A stretch of DNA of 64,000 nucleotides. Source: Eledone cirrhosa (lineage: Eukaryota). Location of the stretch: contig OZ024741.1 in assembly GCA_964016885.1 (NCBI GenBank), positions 357,244,001 through 357,308,000 of the forward strand, written 5' to 3'. Shown here piece by piece: positions 10,640 to 22,514 of this stretch (position 1 is the first letter of the stretch; each line of letters starts with the position of its first letter). A model generated the notes under the pieces. It saw nothing but the letters and a program-made list of their open reading frames with translations, ran no database searches and was not told the DNA's origin. A program made the translations under genes and the position numbers.

Positions 10640-11352
10640 AATATAATAATTTTAATATAATAATAATGAAATTTTTGTGTACAGTGTTCAGGTGCACTAC
10701 AATTCGTCAAAGGTGCATGTATAGTACATAGAATAATATACAAATGTCAGGGAAGTGAATAGTGTATGAGTCATGATATACATGTGTACGTGTGTATGGA
10801 GGGGGGATATTAGGTGTAGTGTTGGCGAATCTCATGAAGCATGGAGGTTTTAAAGGATGCAGTGTCTCGACATCTAACAACTGATGCAGGTAGTTTGTTC
10901 CATGCTTCAACAACTCTGAGCGTGAAAAGATGTTTCCGAAAGTCTTGGGAGCTGTGCTGTTTTCTGACTTTGTTGGCATGCCCACGTGTGTTAGACACAT
11001 GGAAATCAAAAAAGTGCTCAGTGTTGTTGTTGGCAAGATAGTTAATAATTTTGTGCGTGTTTACCAAGTCAGTTGCTAGACGTTGGAGCTTCAATGTATC
11101 CATGCCCAGGGAAGCAAGGCGTTCAGAGTATGGTAGGTGTCTGATGGAGGGTATTCGCTTGGTTGCACGTCTCTGAACAGTTTCCAGGTGGTCAATGTTC
11201 TGAGCAAGATAGGGATTCCAGACTGGTGATACAAATTCTAAGTGTGGCCGCACCATAGCTATATACAGCTTTAAATAGATAGCTGGAGAGCGGCTGACAA
11301 AGGTCTTGCTGAGTGATGCTAAATCAACCTCGGCCTTCTTGACAATTTAGAG
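10640..11352 (-). mobile_element. CR1-clade LINE 3' fragment in intron 2
   Basis: ORF 10810-11256 VRPHLEFVSPVWNPYL...AWNKLP; same family as 1-978. Confidence 0.9.
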
Positions 11353-12614
11353 ACGTTACTCATCTCTTCAGCCTTTGCCAAGCATAACACAGATAATAGA
11401 TATAAACACATGGGTGCACGAGAAAGTAAAGCATAGGCCATTTTTGGAGATGACACCTCAAGCCTGACATTTTGTTTGAGATGAGCTCAGACGCTCATTT
11501 TACACACATACACATACAGTCATGATAGCAGCCTTCGATAAATTGGAAATGGGAGGCTAAAATGAAGTATAACTTTTTATTTATTTATTAACGACGATGA
11601 GTATGCAGTTGTTTGATAAACTGAATGTCCTACTCACAAATTAACATGTAAGTGGTTGAGTATTCTACAAACACATATAGTCTTAGTGTAATAGTGTAGC
11701 ACAGTGTGTGACAAAGCTGGATCTTTGAATTATAGGTATAGTCCATCTGACAGCCTTCACCATACCTTCTGATTACTCTCATTTCACTCATAACACTTTG
11801 GTTGATCCGAGACTATGGTAGACTCTTGTTGAAGATGCCATGCAGTGGGATCAAACTCATGATTGTCAGGCAAACTTTTTAACTATTTAACTATACGTTT
11901 GTTAACATAATTGTTTCTACTTTTGGCACAAGGTCAGCAATTACCCCAGTGTATTACTGGTGCTTTATTTTATTGACCCCGTAAGGATGATAGACAAAGT
12001 TAACCTCGACGGGATTTGAACTCAGGCCGCAAAGGGCCATAACTCTATGCTGCAAAGCATGGTGTCTGACACTCTACTGATACTGCCAATCCACCACCTT
12101 TGTCTACATATTAAGATATGAGATTATGCTATATAAACTGGGAATATTACTGTAGAATAAGTTACAGTACAATTCAATAAAAACAAAAAGTGATATACAA
12201 GAGGGTATAGAAAATGTTACTGGGAAAAGTGTTAAACTGAAAACATTTTAGCCCCCCCCCCCTCCCTTCATACTGTACAAATATATAAAACTATATTCTG
12301 TACCATACTAAGTAAAGGCGCCTGACCTCGTCGCAACCATGAAGTTGTATGCTTGAATCCCAGACTGTAACTAGTCTCTGAACAAGACACTTCATTTCAC
12401 ATTGCTCCAGTCTACTTAGTTGAAAAAAAATAGATAGCTGCAAAGGACTGGCTTCTTGTCTTGCTTAACACCAAGGAAACTGGGATAAGCTGTGGCCTAA
12501 TGAACTTTGGAGCTTGGGAAAGACTTTAAATTTTCAAATTCCAGCATGACTTTCTGTCAGCTATATCTGACTATTTTATAATATTAATATCATGAAAATA
12601 AAGTGTATTACTAT

Positions 12615-13130
12615 TTGTAAATAAATCAGTTGACTTGAGAAACATTGGGAAAATTGAAAATGTGTCCTAATGCAAATGGCCATATTGATAGTTGATTACT
12701 ATAGATAATAGTTAAGAAAACTGAGTAAAGTGCTCCTGGAGATGGGAAAAAGTGGACAGAGGCACCTGTGAGAAAACAAACCCTACATCTCTCAGAAGCT
12801 GAGCGGGTTCCTTAGTAAAGAGCTGCTGGACACCTATTCTGTTTTTTATTAGATTTCAAGCCTGTAGCTAGATGTATAAATAAATTAGTTGATCTAAGAA
12901 GCATTGGGAAAATTTAAATTTTGAAATATATGCCTCTGAATGCAAATGACCATAATAATAGTAGTTGATCACTATGAATAATAGTTGAGAAAATCTGGTG
13001 AAATACTCCAGAGGTACTTTGCCCAATTTTCTCAACTATTATTTGTAGTGATTTGGGTAATTGCTGGCTTTGTGCCAAACGTAGAAACAATTATTATAGT
13101 TATTTACGTTGGGGGTGTACACATTTTGTA
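12615..13130. mobile_element. Two tandem partial copies of a fold-back (MITE-like) repeat
   Basis: cattgggaaaatt...aatgcaaatg.ccata...ataatagtt.agaaaa occurs at about 12643 and 12902. Fuller fold-back copy at 40650-40925; another at 22285-22430. Confidence 0.7.
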
Positions 13131-13159
13131 TTACTATTTCTTTTTTTTCTTTTAACCAG

Positions 13160-14076
13160 GTTCCCACCACCTAAAAGTATTTGTCCAACTGGTCAAAGAC
13201 CTACAAGCAACTTGCCTGAACAGGCTCGTCAAATCTTGAGGCAGTGGTTTGACAAAAATGTTGACAATCCTTATCCTAATAATGATGAAAAAAAGCAGTT
13301 AGTGGAACAAAGCGGGCTGCTATTATCTCAAGTAAAGACTTGGTTTGCCAATACTAGACGTCGGAGAAAAGTGGCACTAAATCAAACTTACAAAAGTAGC
13401 ATTAAACCAAGGTCACAAAACCAGAAGATTATCCCAAATTACTACCAGCTTAGCTGCTCCGAGAGATTAACTAATATTGAGTCTATTTTAGATACTTCTA
13501 TGAAGAAAGTTGGACTGTATCCCAATGAAGAGATCAGTGAAATGGAAATTTTACCTGTTCTAGAACCACAGGATCAGTGTTTGTTTAAAGTTAAAGAAGA
13601 TGGAAATAGTTGTAAAGAATGTATGAAAATAGTTTCAGAAAAGATGCTACAAAATCAGGAAGAAGTTCACTGCTTAGAAAATAATGAAGTGAAAATGAAT
13701 TTAGATGCCAAAGATTCTCATGGAACAAGGAACTTGGATTCAGCACTACTTGAGAATTCTTATCCTGTTTTACAAGCACAACAAATTATTGTCCCTAAAG
13801 GAAACAATTATTATAATGCGGAATCTGAACAAAATGAAATTATCATGGGAAACGTTTGTAATAGTTACAACTTATTTGTAGATGGAGAGTTTCCTGACAA
13901 TTTCAATATCCTTCAAGATTGTGTGGAATTTAAATGTATTAATAGTGATGAAAATAATTTCTCTCCAAATAGAAGCAATGAAACAATTGTTTTCAATCCA
14001 AGTGATACCACTTTGATGACAAATATTAACCCAGCTGTACCAGACAATCTATGGTCAATGTCAATTTTTCCAACAG
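13160..14076 (+). CDS. SIX-domain + TALE-homeodomain gene, coding exon 3 (homeodomain 13191-13379)
   Basis: Acceptor (t)n-aaccag|G completes AAG. Reads KFPPPKSICPTG, then [53 protein letters not shown] (L16, W19, F20, 3-aa insertion, PYP, WFAN48-51, R53), then an N/E-rich region. Probable donor CAG|GTTTGA at 14077 (phase 1). Confidence 0.95.
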
Positions 14077-14605
14077 GTTTGAAATTATTTTATTTTTATA
14101 TGTAGGCAATGAATTGACAGAGTTGTTAAAATTTTAGAGTTCAAATCCTGCCGAGGTCAACATTGCCTTTCCATCCATTCAAAGTCACTAAGAAAAGTAC
14201 CAGTCCAGTACTGGGGTCGATTCTTCCTCTATACCTCTTTCTCACTTTTTCTTTCACTTTCACTAGGTTAAAAAAGTGCCGATGACATACTGTATGTTAC
14301 AACAGCACCCCAATAGCTCCATCAGCAGTTATGGATCCATACTTACATATTCTATGTATGTAGCTTTAAATCAAGTGAATAATTTTACTTCCTTTAACCC
14401 TTTTGATACCAAACCACTTGAAACTGCTCTTGTGACTATGATTCAGATCAATATATTTTAAAGTGTTTATCATTATCATCGTTTAATGTCCACTTTCCAT
14501 GCTAGTGTGGGTTATTTGTCTAAAAACCTTCCCATTATAGTTCTATTTAAGAACCTTTGATAAATTATGTTTTTAACACCAGCTTAATGATGAGAAAGTT
14601 TTATT

Positions 14606-16595
14606 ACTAAAATCCTTTTAAATGCTTCGTCTTCATCTCCTCCTTCATCATCACCGTTTTACGTCCGTTCTTCCACGCTAGCATGGGTTAGACGGGTTGT
14701 CCTGTTGTGGGCAGTGTCTGGTCGGCTGACCATGCCTTGCTCATACAGGAACTGATCTGGCTTGATTTCTACAGCTGGATGCCCTTCCTAACACCAACCT
14801 CATTTACAGTGAGTGCTGGGTGCTTTTTCGTGGCGCCTACACGTCCACTTTACAGTGTGGGCTGGGTGCTTTTTTGCCGTGGCACCTCCACGACCACCTT
14901 GCGGGGGGGGGGGGGGGGGGGCATATTGTTTATATGCTTCAGCATGTACCCATGGGAGGTCGGGTACCCTGTATTACTGCGTGACGCCAGAAGTCACGGT
15001 CGTGTGTCATTGACTTTGAGAGGTGTAGTTGGGTAAGGTCGGCTTTTATCACCTCATCCCAAGTCATCTTGGGTCTCCCCACTCCGCGGTTTCCATCAAC
15101 TTCTAGTGCTCTGCACCTTTTTATGCAGCTGTCATCCTTCATACGCATCACATGTCCATGCCAGCGTAACCGCCTCTCCTGCACGCAGCATTTGATTCCT
15201 CTTATGCTCAGTCTCTCTCTCAATTCATTTATGCTTTGTCGTTCACGTATATTACTGTTACACATCCATCGGAGCATGCAGGCTTCGTTTCTCTCTAATC
15301 TACGTAAGTCTTCCACCTTCAGCGCCCAGGTCTCACTACCATGCAACATCGCTGTTCGGATACACGCATCATACAGTCTGCCTTTCATTCTGAGGGAGAA
15401 GCCTTTTGCAGCTAGCAGTGGTAGTAGTTCCCTAAACTTCTTCCATCCCGTTCTTACCCTAGTTATTGTACTTTCTGAGCACCCACCTCCGTTGCTAATT
15501 CGGTCACCTAGGTAGCAGAAGCTGTCTACTGTTTCTACAGGGCCCTCCCAGAGATTGGTGGTACTTGTTTCCTGTGGCTGTTTGCTTGCTGTTTCAGCAC
15601 AGCTGCTGCATGTGAATCCTACATTCTTAATTAAGCTTCCTGAGATCCCGCTACATCTCTTGTGTACCCATTGTTTGCATTTGGGGCAAAGAATGGAGTT
15701 CCTACCTACACCTTTCCTACATACTGAGCAAGGCCATTTCCCTGAGGGGATCTGGGTTCTGTTTTCTCGTCTACTTATAAGGACCTTAGTCTTTGTCATG
15801 TTGACTTTGAGGCCCTTTCTCTCTAGTCCCTGCTTCCAGGTTTGGAATTTATTCTCTAGTTCTACCATAGATTCAGCTATGAGTGCGAGGTCATCAGCAT
15901 ACAGGAGTTCCCATGGGCATCCGGTCTTAAACTCCTCCGTTATTGCCTGCAGGACTATGATGAACAGGAGAGGGCTAAGAACAGAGCCCTGGTGGACCCC
16001 AACCTGTACGCTAAATTCCTCGCTATACTCATTGCCAATCCTAACTTTGCTGACTGCTCCCCTATACATGGCTTGTACCGCTTTCACAAGCCATTCATCT
16101 ACTCCTAGTTTTCTAAGAGCCCACCAGATTACTGCACGTGGAACTCTGTCAAAGGCTTTCTCAAGGTCGACAAATGCCAAGTAGAGTGGCTTACTTTTAG
16201 CTAGGTACTTTTCCTGTAATTGCCTCACAAGGAAGAGCGCATCAGTGGTGCCTTTCCCTGGAACAAACCCAAATTGCATCTCGTCTATATTCACCCGGTC
16301 CCTAATCAGCTGTGCTATAACTCTTTCTGTTACTTTCATGACCTGGTCCATCAACTTTATACCTCTATAGTTTCCTCTATCTAGTGCATCGCCTTTACCT
16401 TTGTAGCAGTTGACAATGATGCTACTGCACCAATCTTTTGGTATGGCCCCCTCTAGTATTACCTGGTTAACGATACGTGTGGTTATAGTGTGACCTACAG
16501 ACCCAGATGCCTTCAGCATCTCGGCAGCTATACCCGATGGACCGGTTGCCTTCCCTATCTTCATATCTCTGATTGCCTTACTTACTACGCTGCCA
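14606..16595 (-). mobile_element. RTE-clade LINE, 5'-truncated, uninterrupted RT + PHD finger + C-terminus
   Basis: ORF 14939-16669; RTE homology begins about 16594. Motifs QFGF, FVDLEKAFD, GVHQGSVLSP, LYADDL, CSVC-CPKC-H-C-CSSC, RRLRWHGHVMRM, GRPKMTW. 3' tail (GAT)n. Confidence 0.95.
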
Positions 16596-16659
16596 TATTC
16601 TTGGGTGGGCTGTGGGGAAGAATCCTCAGACTTCCAGAAGGTCCAATCAAAAGTAACCA

Positions 16660-16950
16660 TCTCCGACATGTGGATAGGTTTGCTGCTGAGTGCTACACAG
16701 CAGGAATGAAGATCAGTGATGTGAAAACTGAGACACTCGTCTTCTCAAGAAAGCCTGCGTAGTACACTCTGCATGTGAGTGGAGATTCACTGAGGTAAGT
16801 GTGGAGAATTTTAAGTCCCTTTGGGCTGTGTTCACGAGTAATGGAAGGCAGGAGGCTGAATTAAGTGCAAGAATTACAGGAGTTGCTGCAGTAGTGTCAG
16901 CTTCAACACTCAATCATTAAAAGAAGGTGTAAAGGCCAAATTTGCTGTCT
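16660..16950 (+). mobile_element. Degenerate RT fragment of a second RTE family (Expander/Rex3-like)
   Basis: DRFAAECYTAGMKISDVKTETLVFSRK...VENFKSL..VFTSNGRQEAELSARI, with stops. Confidence 0.7.
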
Positions 16951-18403
16951 TCAATTGATTATTTAAAAAATTATTTTTAAATTATAGACAGTGTCTTTTG
17001 GTAGAAATATGCTAATGAAAGGGTTAAAGCGATAAATGTATTTATCAAGTTGTTTTTTTCAATTTCTGTTTTTTAAGTTAGTATATATATATTTTTTTTA
17101 ATATCGGCTCTTAAGTTTTCCGGAGTCAACTGCCTTTTATCCTTATGGGGTTAATAAAATAAGTACATAGTTGATATTATCAGCATCATCGTTTTTATGT
17201 CTACTTTTCCATGCTAGCATGAATTGAATGGATAATTTGAGACAATTCTTTGCAGCCAGATGCCCTTCCTGACACCAACTCTTACAACTCACTGAGATAC
17301 TGAATACACATGGCATAAACAATTATATCTCTCCCCACTAATTTGATGTCCTCTGCTCATGTTAAACATTATTATTATTATGGATTAATATAGGTTAGTG
17401 GATTGGTAGAGTGTGGATAATATGAATCTGGGTTCAAATCACGCCAAGGTCAACTTTGCCATTTATCCTTCCAGGGCCGATAAAATAAAGTACCAGTAAA
17501 GTACTGAAGTTGATTGAGTCACTTTTCTCTTCCTCTAAATTTGCTGGCCTTGTGCCTAAATTATAAATCCTTATGGATTAGTTTTAAATTATCTTGTATC
17601 CATATTGACTGGTGTTTTTTGTTTTAATCTATCTTACATCTTTCTTTATAATGGTAGCTAGTTTTAAATATAAAACTGGGACAAACATGAGGGATGACCA
17701 CCACAAATGAAAATGTAAACAATCTGCTTACATGCTACAACGTCATTTGTAACCATACAATAACCATGACTAAACTGATGCTCATAGGTATATCAATGTT
17801 GTGAAGTATGCTCACATGGGTTGAATGAGCTGTCATGTTATGTTATGAAGTTAGACAGATTGGGTGATCACGTGCAGCTGATACATTCCATTTTGTGGTT
17901 GGTTTCCTATGTTTGGATGCCCCTTTTTAATGCCAACCACTTTATAGCATGTACAAGGAACATTTTCATAGTACCAACACTACCACCTTCCGGAGTGGAC
18001 CGAGTGCTTTTGTGTGACATTGTTACAACCACCTTACAGGGTGGACTAGGTGCTTTTTGTGGCACCAATATGACTACCTTACAGAGTGGAATCGGTACTT
18101 TTTGTCATGGCACTAGCACTACCACCTTACTGGGTGGACTGGATACATTTTTTCATGGCACCAGCACTACCACTTTACAATGTGAACTGAGTGTATTTTA
18201 TCATGTCACCAGTGCTACCTCATTACATTTGGATGCTCATTGTGTTCTTGGCCCAGCTGGGGAAGCAATGACAAGAGTAAAGAGAGCAAGTGTTAGGTAA
18301 CATGTTACTTGATGGGTTTATTAACCACAAATATTTTACTAAATTTCGTCATACATATAGCAATGTATTTATATTATATATTTTTCACATTGTTATTTTC
18401 TAG

Positions 18404-18512
18404 ATTGCCTGACACCATCAACCAACCAGAATCTTGCCATTTGTTATGACCAAACCTCACAATGGACCAATAATATCCAGAGTGATGAAGACCCAAATAT
18501 ACATAACATAAA
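18404..18512 (+). CDS. SIX-domain + TALE-homeodomain gene, coding exon 4
   Basis: Acceptor tgttattttctag|, donor AA|GTAAGT at 18513. Phase 1 to 2, open: DCLTPSTNQNLAICYDQTSQWTNNIQSDEDPNIHNI(K). Confidence 0.75.
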
Positions 18513-19647
18513 GTAAGTAGTTTTGAAAATTTTTAATTTTTATTTCAATAGGTTTGGCACCAGAAAGGGTATCCAGCTATAAAACATTGCCTCAAAAAGA
18601 ATCCTATTGTTGCCTATGAAGTCAGTCATAAGGTCTACAAGGATAATTGTTGCTTTAGTAGGGAAAATGACCTTAAAATGTTTGTTGTTGTTATTGTTTA
18701 TTTATTTTAGATGTGTTGAAATGTACAAAAGAAACATGAACTGGGCTCTGCAAGTCTACATCACAGGTTGCCTGTCTGAGAAGGTAGTAACACTAAATAC
18801 ACACTGATATGGAGTAGAGGGGGCTTTTTAGTTCAACCAACCTCTAGTGATGGTGGTAAAATAAAATGCAACCTGCACATGCTGTAAGATATACACAACA
18901 ACAGAGTTGACAGTTTTTCCTTTTCTTTTCATATGAGTGTACCAAGTTATTTGTGTATATCCAGTTTAGAATATTTATACTATTCCTGAATGTTGTAAGA
19001 GACGATTATAAGGGTTGGTACCAGGAAGGGTACCTGGCTGTAAAACATTGCTTCAAAAGGACCCCATGATGAGTTAGAAGTCTATCGTGAGGCTGACAGG
19101 GCTAACTCCTTTAGCAGGGAAAATGGCTTTAAAACTGTTGATTTTGTTGTTGTGTACCAGGTGATAACTAACTGAGTGATGTAATGAAGAACTGATACAG
19201 AGTAGAATGAACTCTTTGGTCCTCCTGCATGGGACAACCTCTCTTGTGTTGGTGGCACAATAAAATGCACTCAGTACACTCTGTAAAGTGGTGTTAGGGA
19301 AGGCATCCAGCTATAGAAATCTTGCCATAAAATGGAACATACGAATGAGGCATGAGCTCCATAAGCAGCCTCATAGACTGTCCATCAAGGAAGGCCTTAA
19401 AGAATTAATGCAATGTAAAGGAGATTCTTAGCCCTCTCACATGGATAACTCTCTCTAAGGATAGTATTATCATAACAGGCTTCAAGTCCACACTATAAGA
19501 GATACACAAGAAAAGAGTTGTCTAGTCTTCTCTGTTGTTGTGTGCTAGGTGATGCAAACATGTTAGCATAGGAAAACATGTAAATAAATGATGACTGTTA
19601 ACTTCCTGTTAGTAAAATAATGTAATTTTTTAACATATTGCTTATAG

Positions 19648-19726
19648 ATTATCAGCAACCATACCAAATAGAAACAACAGTACCACTATTATATTAGTGG
19701 AGAGAAAAGAACCCCAGGCTTGTGTA
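19648..19726 (+). CDS. SIX-domain + TALE-homeodomain gene, coding exon 5
   Basis: Acceptor attgcttatag|, donor |GTAAGT at 19727. Only the phase-2 frame is open, matching exon 4: LSATIPNRNNSTTIILVERKEPQACV. Ends phase 0. Confidence 0.7.
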
Positions 19727-20259
19727 GTAAGTAAAATCATCCACTTAACCCTCTCATTAACATATTTCTAATGAAAGACACTGCCTATAATTTTCAATTC
19801 ACTTTGAAAATACTGAAGAATTTGCAGAGGTTTAGTAATATAACTGACTTGCTTATTATTAAACTGGTGTTGGAACATAACTTAACAACACTTCATATGA
19901 TGGAAAGTTTTTAGATAAATATAAATACTTTTAAACAAAAAGATTTGTATTGTTGAAATAGAATCTGGTGTTTGGAACCTAATGAAAGGTTTTTACATTG
20001 AATTATTGTGGCAGGCATTTAGATAAATGTAAACAATTTAAACTAAATAGCTTAGTATCATAAAGCCAAGAGCTTTTAGTATTAAAAGGGTTAATCAAAT
20101 AAGATAACCTTACTCTCCTAGCTATAAATGCTAAGTCTGACTTAGATTTGATGATTTGAACTAAAATATGGTTGAGTGATTAAGAATTTCACATTGCAGT
20201 CATGAGGTTTGGGGTTTGCTTCCAATGTGTGGCATCTTGGGCAAGTGTCTTTACTAATG

Positions 20260-21335
20260 GTAACTAGACAAAGAAGAATGGCTTGTGAGAGCAGTACAAG
20301 CTATGTTCAGAGGAACTGCCAGTAAAGTGAGAGTAAGTAATGAGTTTAGTAAAACATTCAGTGTGTCAGTAGGCATTCATCAGGGCTCAGTCCTCAGCCC
20401 ACTCCTGTTTGTTATAGTTCTCCAGACCATAACAGAAGTTTAAGACTGGCAATCCAAGGGAACTTCTATATGCAAATGACCTGGTTTTTATAGCTAAATC
20501 AATGGAATAAAGAGAATAAATTCTGGCATTGGAAACAGAATTAGAATCAAAAAGAATTAGAGTAAACTTGGGAGTTGGGACCCTGGCCCCTTCGGGGAAG
20601 TGGATATGCTCGATATGTAAGAAAGGAATAGGTAGAAACTATATATGATGTACACAATGTAAATCTTGAGTACTCAAAGGGTGTAGTAGGATAGCCGGCA
20701 GACTAACAGAAAAGGTAGACTGTATGTAGGAGATACACAGGGATTGTTGGTGGTAAGAGCTTAAGTGAAATAAACTTTTTCCAATCTGCAGAAAGTTCCA
20801 TAGCTTCAGCTACCTAGGTGATCTAATTAGCAGTGGGGGGAGGCTGCTCTGAGAGTATAGTAGCTAGAATAAGAATAGGAAGGAAAAAGTTCAAGGGGCT
20901 ACTACTTCTCTTGACGACAAAAGGTTGGCTATATGATACCTGTGTGCAATGTTGCATTGTAGTGGGGCATAAGCAGTAAATGCAAAGGATATGCAAAGGT
21001 AGTTTTGATGGATGTGCAATGTTAATATGCAAAAATGCATGGAAGAGAGAAAAGTTTGGCATAAGAGGAATCAGATGTAATAGACAGGAGAGAAAACAGG
21101 TGGTATTGACATGTAATGCATATGGAAGGTGATCGTTGAGTGAAAAAGTACTGAGAAATCCCAGTGGAAGGGAGCCTCGGTAGAGGAAGACCAAAGAAGA
21201 TCTAGGCAGATGTGAGAGCTGATCTCAAATTGCAGAAGCTTACAGAGATGAAGAAGGATGACGAGTGGAGAGATGCTGTGCTGGAAAAGACTCATCCAAC
21301 CCATGCAAGCATGGAAAAGCTGACATAAAATGAGT
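20260..21335 (+). mobile_element. Old degenerate RTE LINE (RT to 3' tail)
   Basis: EEWLVRAVQAMFRG...VGIHQGSVLSPLLFVIVLQ...ELLYANDL, with many frameshifts. Ends in an acccatgcaagcatggaaaagc tail. Confidence 0.85.
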
Positions 21336-21344
21336 ATGATTTTA

Positions 21345-21745
21345 TCATCATCATCAACATCATCATTATTTTACGTCTGCTTTTCCCTGCTTGCAAGGGT
21401 GGAACAGGTGCTATTCAACACAGCATCTCTCCACTTGTCACTGTCCTTCGTCATCTCCTCTGTGAGCTTCAGCGATCTGAGGTCTGCTCTCACCACCTCC
21501 GCCCATGTTTCTCATGGTCTTCCTCTACTGCGTCTTCCTTCTACTGGGATTTCTTGGCACTTCCTTACCCAGCGGTCATCCTCCATGCGCATCACATGTC
21601 TATACCATCGCAGTCTTCTCTCCCGCACACTACAACTTATACCTCTTATACACACTTTCTCTCTCAACTCATCTATGCTTGGTTGTTCACGCACATTGAC
21701 ATTACACATCCAATGGAGCATGCTTGCTTCATTTCTCTCCAGCAG
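21345..21745 (-). mobile_element. RTE LINE 3' fragment, tail-to-tail with the previous copy
   Basis: LERNEASMLHWMCNVNVRE...RRLRWYRHVMRMEDD...RGRP; (CAT)n tail. Confidence 0.85.
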
Positions 21746-22005
21746 TTGCTGCCTATGTCTCACTACCATGCATAATCATCACCATTTTATCTCTATTTTT
21801 CTTGCATAGTTTTGAGGCTTACTATGCAAAGCATATTTTTTAACAATACCAAAGTATCATTGTAAGTCCTTTGGTAATATTGAAAAGTAGTTACCAAAAA
21901 TGTTAAAAAGAATATTATAAGTGTTATTTAACTTGTCTCTCCAACGAATATATATTTTATATTCTAATTTTTATGTTATTTACAATGTGTTTTTTTATTT
22001 TTCAG

Positions 22006-22065
22006 CCACAGAAACGCCTTGAAGAAGAAATTGCTCAAGTTTTATTAAATCTCTCCACTGTTTGA
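22006..22065 (+). CDS. SIX-domain + TALE-homeodomain gene, terminal coding exon 6
   Basis: Strong acceptor ttttttatttttcag|, phase 0: PQKRLEEEIAQVLLNLSTV*. TGA at 22063-22065. Joined CDS 1539 nt = 512 aa. Confidence 0.75.
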   Translation, partial: PQKRLEEEIAQVLLNLSTV

Positions 22066-22514
22066 ATAGCAATGTTAAAATATGAATTTCATGGTTTGGA
22101 TGATTTCAACTTTTAAGTTCATAATTTCAGCATATTTGCTGAAATATGATTTTATTTTTAATAGTTCTGTTATGGTTACTTTAAGAAAGTATTTTTAATA
22201 TGTATGCAATCAGTTTTTACAATACCTTTCGTGTTGGTATTTCAACTTGGATAAGTTTTAATTATTTGGTAAATTTTGTTAAGAAGCATTGGGAAAGTTT
22301 GGAGTTTGAAATGTGCTCCAACAGAAATTACCATAATAATATTAGTTGAGACAATCTGGTAAAGTACTCCTTTTTTCCATCTTGCCTATTTTTATTATGG
22401 TCATTTGTATTGGGATGCACACATTTCAATTTTTTTTTAAATTAAAAAAGCTGTAAAACTCTTAATAGTTTGTTTCAGATAAAACTACATTACCTAATGT
22501 AAGACAGAAAACTA

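Larger units (their letters stand above)
14394..17027. mobile_element. TTAA-CCCTT (piggyBac-like) MITE family 1, interrupted by RTE insertions
   Basis: Left end ttaacccttttgatac at 14394; right end taatgaaagggttaa at 17013-17027. Other copies at about 19746-20094, 23510-23750, 24616-24850, 27140-27362, 38727-38972, 42950-43143, 57360-57772, 58090-58285 and 62900-63121. Confidence 0.7.

Noticed and set aside
13053-14105. Single-exon 350-aa homeobox ORF as given in the track
   Set aside because: The first 36 codons are intronic (repeat plus polypyrimidine tract, TTG start). The real exon starts at 13160.
15069-16184. ORFs antisense to RTE elements (also 29418-31325, 53862-54989)
   Set aside because: Shadow frames of the RT ORF.
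17821-18300. 159-aa ORF with TSTTTL repeats
   Set aside because: A degenerate SINE/RTE-tail element with internal ~42-bp tandem units, not an exon.
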